Assembly: GCA_963804385.1 (NCBI GenBank)
Contig: CAWDQD010000036.1
Location: forward strand, 13,250 to 77,249
Length of the DNA stretch: 64,000 bases
DNA from: an uncultured Candidatus Micrarchaeota archaeon
GTDB taxonomy: Archaea; Micrarchaeota; Micrarchaeia; Anstonellales; Bilamarchaeaceae
Reading direction: 5' to 3'
In this document: piece after piece, positions 27,337 through 34,996 of the stretch
Layout of the letters: each line of letters opens with the position of its first letter
How positions within the stretch are numbered: position 1 is the first letter of the stretch
The notes under the pieces: generated by a model
What the model was told of the DNA's origin: nothing
The model's database searches: none
Seen by the model: the letters and a program-made list of their open reading frames with translations, nothing else
Position numbers and translations under genes: made by a program

Positions 27337-28581
27337 ATGCATCGTGCGGGCCAAGGATTGCTGCTTCTCTTATTGTTCACCATAGCTTCCGCAAGCCCGA
27401 CAGCCAGTGTACAGCCGATAGACCTCACGTTCGTGGTACCGATCATCGCCTTGATTGTCATAATATTCCTGGCTGCGGTCAACATGCTGGCCACGTCCAT
27501 CTCAGACCCTAAGCTCGAGGCCTGGGCGAAGACCGAGATACGGGAGTTCATAGTCGCACTCATCCTCATCGGCCTGATATTGGGCTTCTTCATAAGCTCG
27601 AACGGCATAAGCATAGCGCTGACAGGCACCACGGATTACGTGGGCCATTCCCAGACGATACTGGACAGCTGGCTCGGGAAATTCGACGACGCGTACGCCG
27701 GAGTCATACTCGCCGCGGCGAGGGTGAGGGTCGCGGCCACATTCGCGCCGTACATAAACGTCCCGCTATGGTACGTCTCGATAAGCTATTCCACGAACCC
27801 TCTCGCGGGCATCGCCATCATACTCACCACGCTGACCATGGCGACGCAGGGGCTCACGAACGCCATCTTCCTGATAGAGGCCGTGAGGATGCTCATAATA
27901 TATATGAAGGTGGTCGGACCGAAGATCCTGCTCCCGCTCGCATTCATGATCAGGTTGATACCGTTCAGCCGGAGGCTGGGCAACACCCTCATCGCCCTCG
28001 CCTTGGCAGGAATGGTATTGCTCCCGTATTCGGTGATAGTCGCGGATGCGCTGAACGGGACCATCCCACCAGCCATAATGCCAGCCCCGCATCTGAGCGC
28101 CGGCGACCTGAGGAGCATGATCCCGGAGCCGCTCTCTTTGATCACATCCACTGTGGGGCCGCTCTGCCAATCGGCGTTCATCAGGACGATGCTCGGCCTC
28201 ACGGACCCGCTGTTCGCTCTCGTCGTATGCTCCCCCCTCCTGCTCATTCCGTTCGTGGGAGAAGGCCTGTTCGCCGCATGCTTCCCTCTGGTGCAGTATG
28301 TCATCTATCCGCTCATAACCGAGATACTCCAGCTCGTGATGGCGGCGCTCCTGCTCACGTGGGAAGCGGCCATAGTGGCGAGGGATGCGGTCGCATCGAC
28401 CAACTACGGCCTGGACGTATACGGCACGCTCCAGACTTTCCTGATGGCCATCAACGACCTGGTGCTGCTCATCTATCTTGATATAATCATAATCATGACA
28501 TTCACTGTAGTGGGAGCGAGAAGCATCTCGACCGCGCTCGGCGGCGAATGGTATATGGCGGGCATACAGAGGCTGGTATGA
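27337..28581 (+). CDS. Paralogous polytopic membrane protein MP1 (unknown family)
   Basis: 414 aa with a signal-like N-terminus, a TM, motif SDPKLEAWAKTEIREF, a second TM, a loop, motif LLPLAFMIRLIPFSRRLGNTLIALALAGMVLLP, further TMs and the tail LGGEWYMAGIQRLV. Confidence 0.8.
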   Translation: MHRAGQGLLLLLLFTIASASPTASVQPIDLTFVVPIIALIVIIFLAAVNMLATSISDPKLEAWAKTEIREFIVALILIGLILGFFISSNGISIALTGTTDYVGHSQTILDSWLGKFDDAYAGVILAAARVRVAATFAPYINVPLWYVSISYSTNPLAGIAIILTTLTMATQGLTNAIFLIEAVRMLIIYMKVVGPKILLPLAFMIRLIPFSRRLGNTLIALALAGMVLLPYSVIVADALNGTIPPAIMPAPHLSAGDLRSMIPEPLSLITSTVGPLCQSAFIRTMLGLTDPLFALVVCSPLLLIPFVGEGLFAACFPLVQYVIYPLITEILQLVMAALLLTWEAAIVARDAVASTNYGLDVYGTLQTFLMAINDLVLLIYLDIIIIMTFTVVGARSISTALGGEWYMAGIQRLV

Positions 28582-29585
28582 TGAACAAACTCGCGCTCTT
28601 CATGCTCCTGCTATGCTCGGCCGCGTTCGCCAACATGGCGTGCATGGCAAACGCCACGGATGTCATACTGGGCCAGGCGAACGGCGTGCAGGGCCTCATA
28701 ATCGTGGTCATCATCTTCACGATAGTCATAATAGCGCTTGCGTACACGATCGGGACCGCAGCCAACAACCCGTCGCTCACCATATTCGCAAAGGACGAGA
28801 TATACCACCTGGGTTTCTCGATACTCATCCTCCTCGCCATGAGCGGCATCGTGCTCACATCCTGCTCGGTGATAGATTTCTTCAGCGCATCCGTCTTCGC
28901 GAACGCCGGGATCACCACGACGACGTGCTACAACAGCGGCAGCTCGATGACGAGCGTGGCCACGTGCTATGCCAAGTCCGCGCTGGATGACGCGCAGCAG
29001 ATGTCTACGGTCTACATCCAGAAATATCTCGACAACATAATGGATTCCACGATGTCGTGGAGTCTGCAGTTCCCGCTCTTGAATTCCTACACGTCCACCG
29101 CGGCATCGTACAAGAGGATCGTCTCGAACCAGTATGATATGATACTGAACTCGTTCCTGATCCCGGCCATGATGAGCATCAGCATGCAGAAGCTCGCGCT
29201 GCAGTTCATCGACGGCAACGTGGTCACATGGCTGCTGCCGATCGCGTTCCTGCTCCGCATCTTCATCCCGACGAGGCAGATGGGGAACATGCTCATAGCG
29301 CTCTCGCTCGCGCTCTATGTCATCGTCCCTTTCCTCTACGTGTTCAATTTCGCCATGTACGATTCCCTGCTTAGCAAGAGCGACTGCTCGGAGTTCTCGG
29401 GAGCGGTATGCGACTATGTGGCGGACGGAGGCAACTGCACCCCGGATTCGGTCTGCACCAACACGGAAGGGTTCTGGATGGTGGCCAGATTGATACCCCA
29501 GGCGTTCTTCCTTCCGAACCTGACGATAGTAATAGTCATAACGTTCCTTACCGCGATGAATAAGGCACTGAAGGTGATGGGATGA
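28578..29585 (+). CDS. Paralogous polytopic membrane protein MP2
   Basis: 335 aa, joined to MP1 by an ATGATGA overlap. Motifs NNPSLTIFAKDEIYHL and LLPIAFLLRIFIPTRQMGNMLIALSLALYVIVP are present, with a shorter C-terminal tail. Confidence 0.8.
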   Translation: MMNKLALFMLLLCSAAFANMACMANATDVILGQANGVQGLIIVVIIFTIVIIALAYTIGTAANNPSLTIFAKDEIYHLGFSILILLAMSGIVLTSCSVIDFFSASVFANAGITTTTCYNSGSSMTSVATCYAKSALDDAQQMSTVYIQKYLDNIMDSTMSWSLQFPLLNSYTSTAASYKRIVSNQYDMILNSFLIPAMMSISMQKLALQFIDGNVVTWLLPIAFLLRIFIPTRQMGNMLIALSLALYVIVPFLYVFNFAMYDSLLSKSDCSEFSGAVCDYVADGGNCTPDSVCTNTEGFWMVARLIPQAFFLPNLTIVIVITFLTAMNKALKVMG

Positions 29586-31774
29586 AGAAACTGCTCGCGC
29601 TCCTGGCCCTGTTCCTGCTAGTCGGGATGGCTTCTGCAGACAGCAATGTCACGCAGATATTCCAGCAGAAGACGACGAATTCGGCCCTGGAAGTAGCGAA
29701 CAACTGGATGGTGCTCTCCATCATCGCCATCATGATATCGATCATACTCGTCGCGATGGCTTACGCGGTGGGCATCGGCTTCGAGATGCCCGAGCTCCAG
29801 GCATGGGCCGGAAACGAGCTCGTCCAGGTCTTCACCAACGCGATCATGATCGCGGCGCTGATCGGTGCCATAGCTTTCATCGAGATAGTCGTCATCGGGA
29901 TAGCCGCATCGAGCGGCATAAACGTCCCCGAATGCATGCCCACGGGCTCGGGCGTCGCGCCGAGCGGAGCCACATGCCTCCAGGCGGTCACGCAACGATA
30001 CCTCGACAATTACATCAACACCGCGATAGACAAGTCCAAAGGCGTGCTGAAGAACAACGTGGATGCTGGCGGCTGGATGAACCGGAGGCTCGGCCTCACG
30101 TGCATATCCATATACTGCCTCCAGGTCAGCGTATCCGGAACGTTCGCGGCGCAGAATGTCCTGAACATGGACAAATACGGCATCGTGTTCGAATACTATT
30201 CCAACCTCCTGTCCTTCATGGAGTCCCAGCGGTTCTTCGTGATGGCGATATCGTTCAATATGGCCCCGGTGGTGCTCGCGATAGGGATTGTGCTGCGCAG
30301 TTTCTTCTTCTCGAGGAAACTCGGCGGGCTGCTGATGGCGATAGCGATAGGCGTGATGTTCTTCTTCCCGGGGATGTATATCTTCGACTGGCTGACGCTC
30401 AACACGGTCACAAATGGGGATCAGGCGTATGGGCAGGAGACGCAGAACTGCCCTTCGGAATGCCTGATAGAGACCCCGCTCGCGTACCTGAAGGAAGGGA
30501 CGAGCACGATGGCGTTCAACGACACCGAAAGCATCTACCTGGCCTTCAGCGACGAGAATACCGCCGAAGGGATCATAAACGGGAGCCTGGATTCCGCACA
30601 GGCGACTACGACCAATAGCACATATTTCGCGTATAACCAGAATGTCCAGTCCTGCTTCCCATACAACAACGGCACCAAGCTGGGGCCGAACATAAACGGG
30701 AATTACGCGAGCCAGTGCCCCACGGTCTGCAGGGAGCTGCCATACCCCACCGCGCCGGATTGCGTGAACCTCACATCGGGCGTCGCCTACGCGTGCGCAG
30801 CGGTTCCTGCCGAATGCAAGGTGACGAGGCTCGTGCCCAGCGACGAGATAAACCAGACGGAATACGATAGCTGCCCCCTGGCCTGCAAATCCATCCCGCC
30901 GCTGCGGAGCAACTGCGATCTCGATGCCACGAACAAGAACCAGACCGGAGGCACCTGCCTCAATTCGTCTTTCGAGTGCCGGATGGCATACATAAACGAG
31001 TCGCCGACCTTCAAGTCGAGGGCGACCAAGCCGTCGCAGGCCAGCTCTTCCGTGGTGCAAGCATGCAACTACGCCAAGGACTGCGTCGTCAGCCTGAATG
31101 CGAGCCAATCCTGCACATTCGTCGTCCCGCCCACAGGGACATGCGATGACATCTGCGCGGGCTGCCCCTCGGTGTGCCGGGTAGCTGATTTCTGGAACGG
31201 GAGCGTCCCGTCCAGCCAGCTCCCATCCGTTTGCACGGGAAAAGACCCCGTAACCGGCACGGACGTCTCCGCGCAGTGCCGAAAATGCCATGCGGGCTGC
31301 GAGGTCACCGAATCGGATCTGCAGGCGGACAAGGAAGCCGCGACCGCCACCGGGAACTGCACGTCCTGCAACTGGGACCATCTGCTGACCGGAGGCACGA
31401 ACATGCCTTACGAGTACACGAACGGCAATTGCGGGGACGACAGCTGCCCGGTGCAATACCGCACGGACATACCGTTCAACGTCTGCGAATCATGCCTCTT
31501 CGATGAGTCAGAGTACATGTACAACCCTCCGATAAACACCGAATGCTCGGACATCTGCAAACCGCCGGACAACGCTCCGGTGAACCAGCCGGGCACCAAT
31601 ATAGGAGGGGACGGGCTGGCCGGAGACGCGGACATACAGGACCTGTCCAGGCTCATGGTGCCGGTCTACGTGCTGCCGCTGTTCAACATCGTCGCGACAT
31701 TGGTGTTCATCAAGGGTCTATCAACATTCCTAGGAGGGGACGTCGAGATCCCGGGCATATCGAAGGTGTTCTGA
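29582..31774 (+). CDS. Paralogous polytopic membrane protein MP3 with a roughly 370-aa Cys-rich extracytoplasmic insertion
   Basis: 730 aa, joined to MP2 by an ATGA overlap. Motifs EMPELQAWAGNELVQV and VLAIGIVLRSFFFSRKLGGLLMAIAIGVMFFFP and the tail LGGDVEIPGISKVF are present. An insertion with about 35 Cys and many NxS/T sequons lies between the core and the last TM. Confidence 0.8.
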   Translation: MKKLLALLALFLLVGMASADSNVTQIFQQKTTNSALEVANNWMVLSIIAIMISIILVAMAYAVGIGFEMPELQAWAGNELVQVFTNAIMIAALIGAIAFIEIVVIGIAASSGINVPECMPTGSGVAPSGATCLQAVTQRYLDNYINTAIDKSKGVLKNNVDAGGWMNRRLGLTCISIYCLQVSVSGTFAAQNVLNMDKYGIVFEYYSNLLSFMESQRFFVMAISFNMAPVVLAIGIVLRSFFFSRKLGGLLMAIAIGVMFFFPGMYIFDWLTLNTVTNGDQAYGQETQNCPSECLIETPLAYLKEGTSTMAFNDTESIYLAFSDENTAEGIINGSLDSAQATTTNSTYFAYNQNVQSCFPYNNGTKLGPNINGNYASQCPTVCRELPYPTAPDCVNLTSGVAYACAAVPAECKVTRLVPSDEINQTEYDSCPLACKSIPPLRSNCDLDATNKNQTGGTCLNSSFECRMAYINESPTFKSRATKPSQASSSVVQACNYAKDCVVSLNASQSCTFVVPPTGTCDDICAGCPSVCRVADFWNGSVPSSQLPSVCTGKDPVTGTDVSAQCRKCHAGCEVTESDLQADKEAATATGNCTSCNWDHLLTGGTNMPYEYTNGNCGDDSCPVQYRTDIPFNVCESCLFDESEYMYNPPINTECSDICKPPDNAPVNQPGTNIGGDGLAGDADIQDLSRLMVPVYVLPLFNIVATLVFIKGLSTFLGGDVEIPGISKVF

Positions 31775-32841
31775 TGAAGAAACTGGCATTGCTGCTGTTG
31801 CTCATCCCGCTCGCGTTCGCGGCATGGCAGGCCACGGCAGCGCTCGCCATAGTGACTTCGGTCAGCCTGCTCGCCCTATTGTATATGATAGGCATGGGGT
31901 TCGGGATCAACGAGCTGCAGCTGACGGCCAAGGAGGAGTTCTTCCAGGTCATCGCCGTCGCGATCATGATGGTCCTGCTCGTGGGCTCGGACGGCGTGCT
32001 CAACACGATATCGAACAATGTGGCTTTCAGCGGCTCCGGCACCAACATGCAGGACGGGGCCATGATGATCATAAACGACACCACCACGAACGTCACGAAC
32101 CTGTTCAACACGATAACCAGCATCGATCACACCATAGCCAATGAAGCGTCCAAAGGCGGCTCGTGCAATATCATACAGGTAGGGTATTCGGTCAGCGCAT
32201 GCGGCGGCTACAGCATGCTGCCCACGCCCATGTCCATGGCCGGCAGCATAGCCGGCTTCGCGCTCGGGGAGCTGGCCGCCATGTACAAGCTGCTGGAGAT
32301 AGCCACGCAGTTCGGCCTCTCGTTCCTGCTTCCGCTGGGCATAATACTGCGCACATTCAAGCTCACGCGCGGGGCCGGCGGATTCCTGATCGCCCTTGGC
32401 ATATCGATGTACATACTCCTGCCTATGGGGATCATATTCAACGAGATGATGGCTGTCACGTTCATAAGCACGGCAGGGACCAGCAGCCCGGATGCGGCCA
32501 ATGTCGCGCAGTACGCCCCGGTGAGCGGCACGCCGAGCATACCCTCATGCAATCCGCTGGACACCGGATCCTTCATGTCCGGGCTGGGCACCCCGGTCAG
32601 TTGCGGCTCCGGAGGGGGCAATGCCCTTAGCAACACGTTCCTCGGGGGGAGCAACGATGCGAACGCGGTCGGCACATACTGCATGTTGAGGGGAGACATC
32701 AAGGGCTACCTATACGTCATGCTCATCCAAGCCACGCTCGGCCCGGTGATAGCCCTCCTGATGATGATAGCGGGCATAAGGACGCTGAGTTCGATAGCGG
32801 GCGCTGAAGTCGACGTCACAGCGATCTCGAGGTTTGTCTGA
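31774..32841 (+). CDS. Paralogous polytopic membrane protein MP4
   Basis: 355 aa, joined by a TGATG 1-nt overlap. Motifs GINELQLTAKEEFFQV and LLPLGIILRTFKLTRGAGGFLIALGISMYILLP and the tail AGAEVDVTAISRFV are present. The track ORF start at 31543 is an out-of-context extension inside MP3. Confidence 0.8.
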   Translation: MKKLALLLLLIPLAFAAWQATAALAIVTSVSLLALLYMIGMGFGINELQLTAKEEFFQVIAVAIMMVLLVGSDGVLNTISNNVAFSGSGTNMQDGAMMIINDTTTNVTNLFNTITSIDHTIANEASKGGSCNIIQVGYSVSACGGYSMLPTPMSMAGSIAGFALGELAAMYKLLEIATQFGLSFLLPLGIILRTFKLTRGAGGFLIALGISMYILLPMGIIFNEMMAVTFISTAGTSSPDAANVAQYAPVSGTPSIPSCNPLDTGSFMSGLGTPVSCGSGGGNALSNTFLGGSNDANAVGTYCMLRGDIKGYLYVMLIQATLGPVIALLMMIAGIRTLSSIAGAEVDVTAISRFV

Positions 32842-33944
32842 TGTCTCTCACGAAGTTCGCTCTGCTCGCGCTCCTGGTATCATCGATGGCATGGGCAGAC
32901 ACCGTGATGTGCGGCAGCGGCACCGTGTTCGACAACGCGGTGCTCCCCCTCCTCGCATACGCTTCCGTGGGCACGATGATACTCATCGCATTGAGCTATA
33001 TGGCAGGGACCGCATTCTCGAACCCCAAGCTCACGCTGTGGTCCAAGACAGAGATCGTCCAGCTGGTCATATCGATCGCTTCGGTCGCGCTGATCATGCT
33101 CGCGGTCACGACGTTCTGCTCGATAGACATGCATGAGATCGCGGGCATATTCAGCCTCCCCGGCACCCACCCCAGCATCAACGTCTACGACGCCGCGAAG
33201 GATTACCTCGAAGGCTCCGTGAACTATTCGCACAACGCCATGATAATGGTGAGATACCACCTGGAGGCGTACACGGTGCTCTCGTATTTCAACGCGTTCA
33301 TCTGCGACTACAACATCGGCCGTATCGGCCTGGGATGCTTCTTCGGCTATTCGGGAGACACCGAGCAGCCCTTCGGAGGGTACGGAGCGGTAATCGCCGC
33401 GTTGAACGTGTTCTTCAACTCCACGATCATCGCGTACTTCACCGCGCTCAATTTCCTGTTCATACTCCTGTTCATCTACCACGGTTTCGTCTTCCTGTTC
33501 CTGCCGCTGGGGGTTTTCCTCCGCGCCCTCCCGTACATGCGTCCGGTGGGCTCGCTGCTGATAGCGCTCGCGCTGTCGTTCCTGACGATCTACCCGCTCA
33601 TGCTGGGGATATACTACCTGATGAGCCCGGTGCTTCTGGACACCCCGGCGTATGCGCCCGCGGGGATCAATATGGGCAACTACGGGGAGAGCATATTCCC
33701 GGATTCCACGAACCCGGCATCGCAGCTGGCGGTCAGCACGGCAGGCGAATCGTATGTGCATGACCATTATTTCGGGGGCGGCAAGGAGAACCTGGGCGGC
33801 GCGATCGCGTTCTCGGCTGACGCGTTCATCGCGGCAGTGTTCTTCCCGACCTCCGCGCTGCTGGCCGCGATAGCGAGCGTCGCTTACATGGCCAGGATGA
33901 TGGGCGAGGAGATAGATTTAAGCAGGCTAACGCAATTGGTGTAG
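32841..33944 (+). CDS. Paralogous polytopic membrane protein MP5
   Basis: 367 aa, joined by a TGATG 1-nt overlap. Motifs SNPKLTLWSKTEIVQL and FLPLGVFLRALPYMRPVGSLLIALALSFLTIYP and the tail MGEEIDLSRLTQLV are present. Confidence 0.8.
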   Translation: MSLTKFALLALLVSSMAWADTVMCGSGTVFDNAVLPLLAYASVGTMILIALSYMAGTAFSNPKLTLWSKTEIVQLVISIASVALIMLAVTTFCSIDMHEIAGIFSLPGTHPSINVYDAAKDYLEGSVNYSHNAMIMVRYHLEAYTVLSYFNAFICDYNIGRIGLGCFFGYSGDTEQPFGGYGAVIAALNVFFNSTIIAYFTALNFLFILLFIYHGFVFLFLPLGVFLRALPYMRPVGSLLIALALSFLTIYPLMLGIYYLMSPVLLDTPAYAPAGINMGNYGESIFPDSTNPASQLAVSTAGESYVHDHYFGGGKENLGGAIAFSADAFIAAVFFPTSALLAAIASVAYMARMMGEEIDLSRLTQLV

Positions 33945-33946
33945 GT

Positions 33947-34996
33947 ATGATGCTGCTGTCGATACAGAGTTTCATGGGCAACGCGGGCGTCTCGTGGGCA
34001 GCCACATGGCTGCCGCTCTCCATACTGGCGGTGCTTGCGACGGTCATGTTCCATTCCTTACTACTTATGCTCGGCAGGGCGTTCAACATAAAAGAGCTTG
34101 AGAGCTTCGCGATGTCCGAGATACTCCAGGCCGCCGCGACCGCGTTCATCGCGATATTCCTGGTCGTGATGGTCACGAGCGCCATGCAGCTCGCCTCGGG
34201 TTACATAGGCGGCGGCACCCTCGCTTGCAGTGGGACCGCCATGAACATAGGCACCAACACGGCCATCTCGACCTCGGGCGGCTCGGTCATGGACGACGCG
34301 TACAAAGCGATAGAATGCACGCTGCAGCAGCGGGCCATCAGCGTGTCGAGCATCCAGCAGAGCATCCTCACCAGCAGCACGGCTGCGGCGGAATTCAATT
34401 TCCTCAACACGATGGCCAGCGTATTCGGCGTGACCTTCATAAGGGGCGACTGGGTAGGCTCGGTGTACAGCGACACCGAGACCATGAGGCTGACGAACAA
34501 CCTCGCGACAGTGATGCTGATAGGGCTCAACGGCCAGTCGGCGCTGCTCGAATACATGAGGGTCAACCTGCTCAACATCTTCCTCCCGGTCGGGATACTC
34601 CTGCGATCGTTCTATTTCACCCGGGGCCCCGGAGCGCTGTTCATCGCGATAGCCATCGGGATGTACTTCCTGTTCCCGGTGTTCTATATCCTCCTGGATC
34701 CCGGATTCACCCCTGCGCCTCCCGAAGCGGCGACTCCGCCCAATATCCATCCCTACTGCTATTCCACGATGTCCACCACAGTCTCAATGGTGAACACCAT
34801 GCAGAGCGCCGGGGTAGGGACGAGCTCGTCGCTCTCGTTCTCGTCCATGAGGGAGGACCTGTCCAAATCGTATATCAGCCTCATGCTCCAGCCGCTGGTC
34901 GCGCTGTTCCTCACGCTCGTCTTCGTGAGGTACATGATGAGCGTGCTCGGAGGGGACGCGTACGAGCTAACGAAGATGGTTTCGAAAGTGATCTGA
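33947..34996 (+). CDS. Paralogous polytopic membrane protein MP6
   Basis: 349 aa, starting 2 nt after the MP5 stop. Motifs NIKELESFAMSEILQA and FLPVGILLRSFYFTRGPGALFIAIAIGMYFLFP and the tail LGGDAYELTKMVSKVI are present. Confidence 0.8.
   Translation: MMLLSIQSFMGNAGVSWAATWLPLSILAVLATVMFHSLLLMLGRAFNIKELESFAMSEILQAAATAFIAIFLVVMVTSAMQLASGYIGGGTLACSGTAMNIGTNTAISTSGGSVMDDAYKAIECTLQQRAISVSSIQQSILTSSTAAAEFNFLNTMASVFGVTFIRGDWVGSVYSDTETMRLTNNLATVMLIGLNGQSALLEYMRVNLLNIFLPVGILLRSFYFTRGPGALFIAIAIGMYFLFPVFYILLDPGFTPAPPEAATPPNIHPYCYSTMSTTVSMVNTMQSAGVGTSSSLSFSSMREDLSKSYISLMLQPLVALFLTLVFVRYMMSVLGGDAYELTKMVSKVI

Noticed and set aside
27219-27632. An N-terminal extension of the large minus-strand ORF to 27632.
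   Set aside because: It would run through the divergent promoter and 296 nt into MP1. A TTTATAA box lies within it, and the ATG at 27218 gives a canonical signal-peptide N-terminus.
29618-31456. A 612-aa minus-strand ORF antisense to MP3. Similar long antisense ORFs occur at 32880-33767, 34061-34750, 27766-28170 and 31710-32123.
   Set aside because: Their translations are dominated by Arg, His, Gly, Pro and Asp and lack motifs, which is typical of shadow ORFs in high-GC coding DNA. The sense-strand products have coherent TM and motif structure and translationally coupled junctions.
34225-34995. A 257-codon N-terminal extension of the giant ORF. The track lists 34225-39297 as 1690 aa.
   Set aside because: The extension lies entirely inside MP6 in another frame and is Arg/His/Gly-rich nonsense. 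The ATG at 34996 overlaps the MP6 stop (TGATG) and opens a proper lipobox signal peptide.
27337-34996. Calling the MP array a type IV secretion (VirB6/TrbL) or conjugation module.
   Set aside because: Only the idea of tandem diverged polytopic paralogs is similar. I see no VirB4/VirD4/VirB11-type ATPase, relaxase or pilin in the locus. The HerA-like ATPase at 46945 is separated by unrelated genes (Elp3, Fic). The resemblance is kept as an analogy only.
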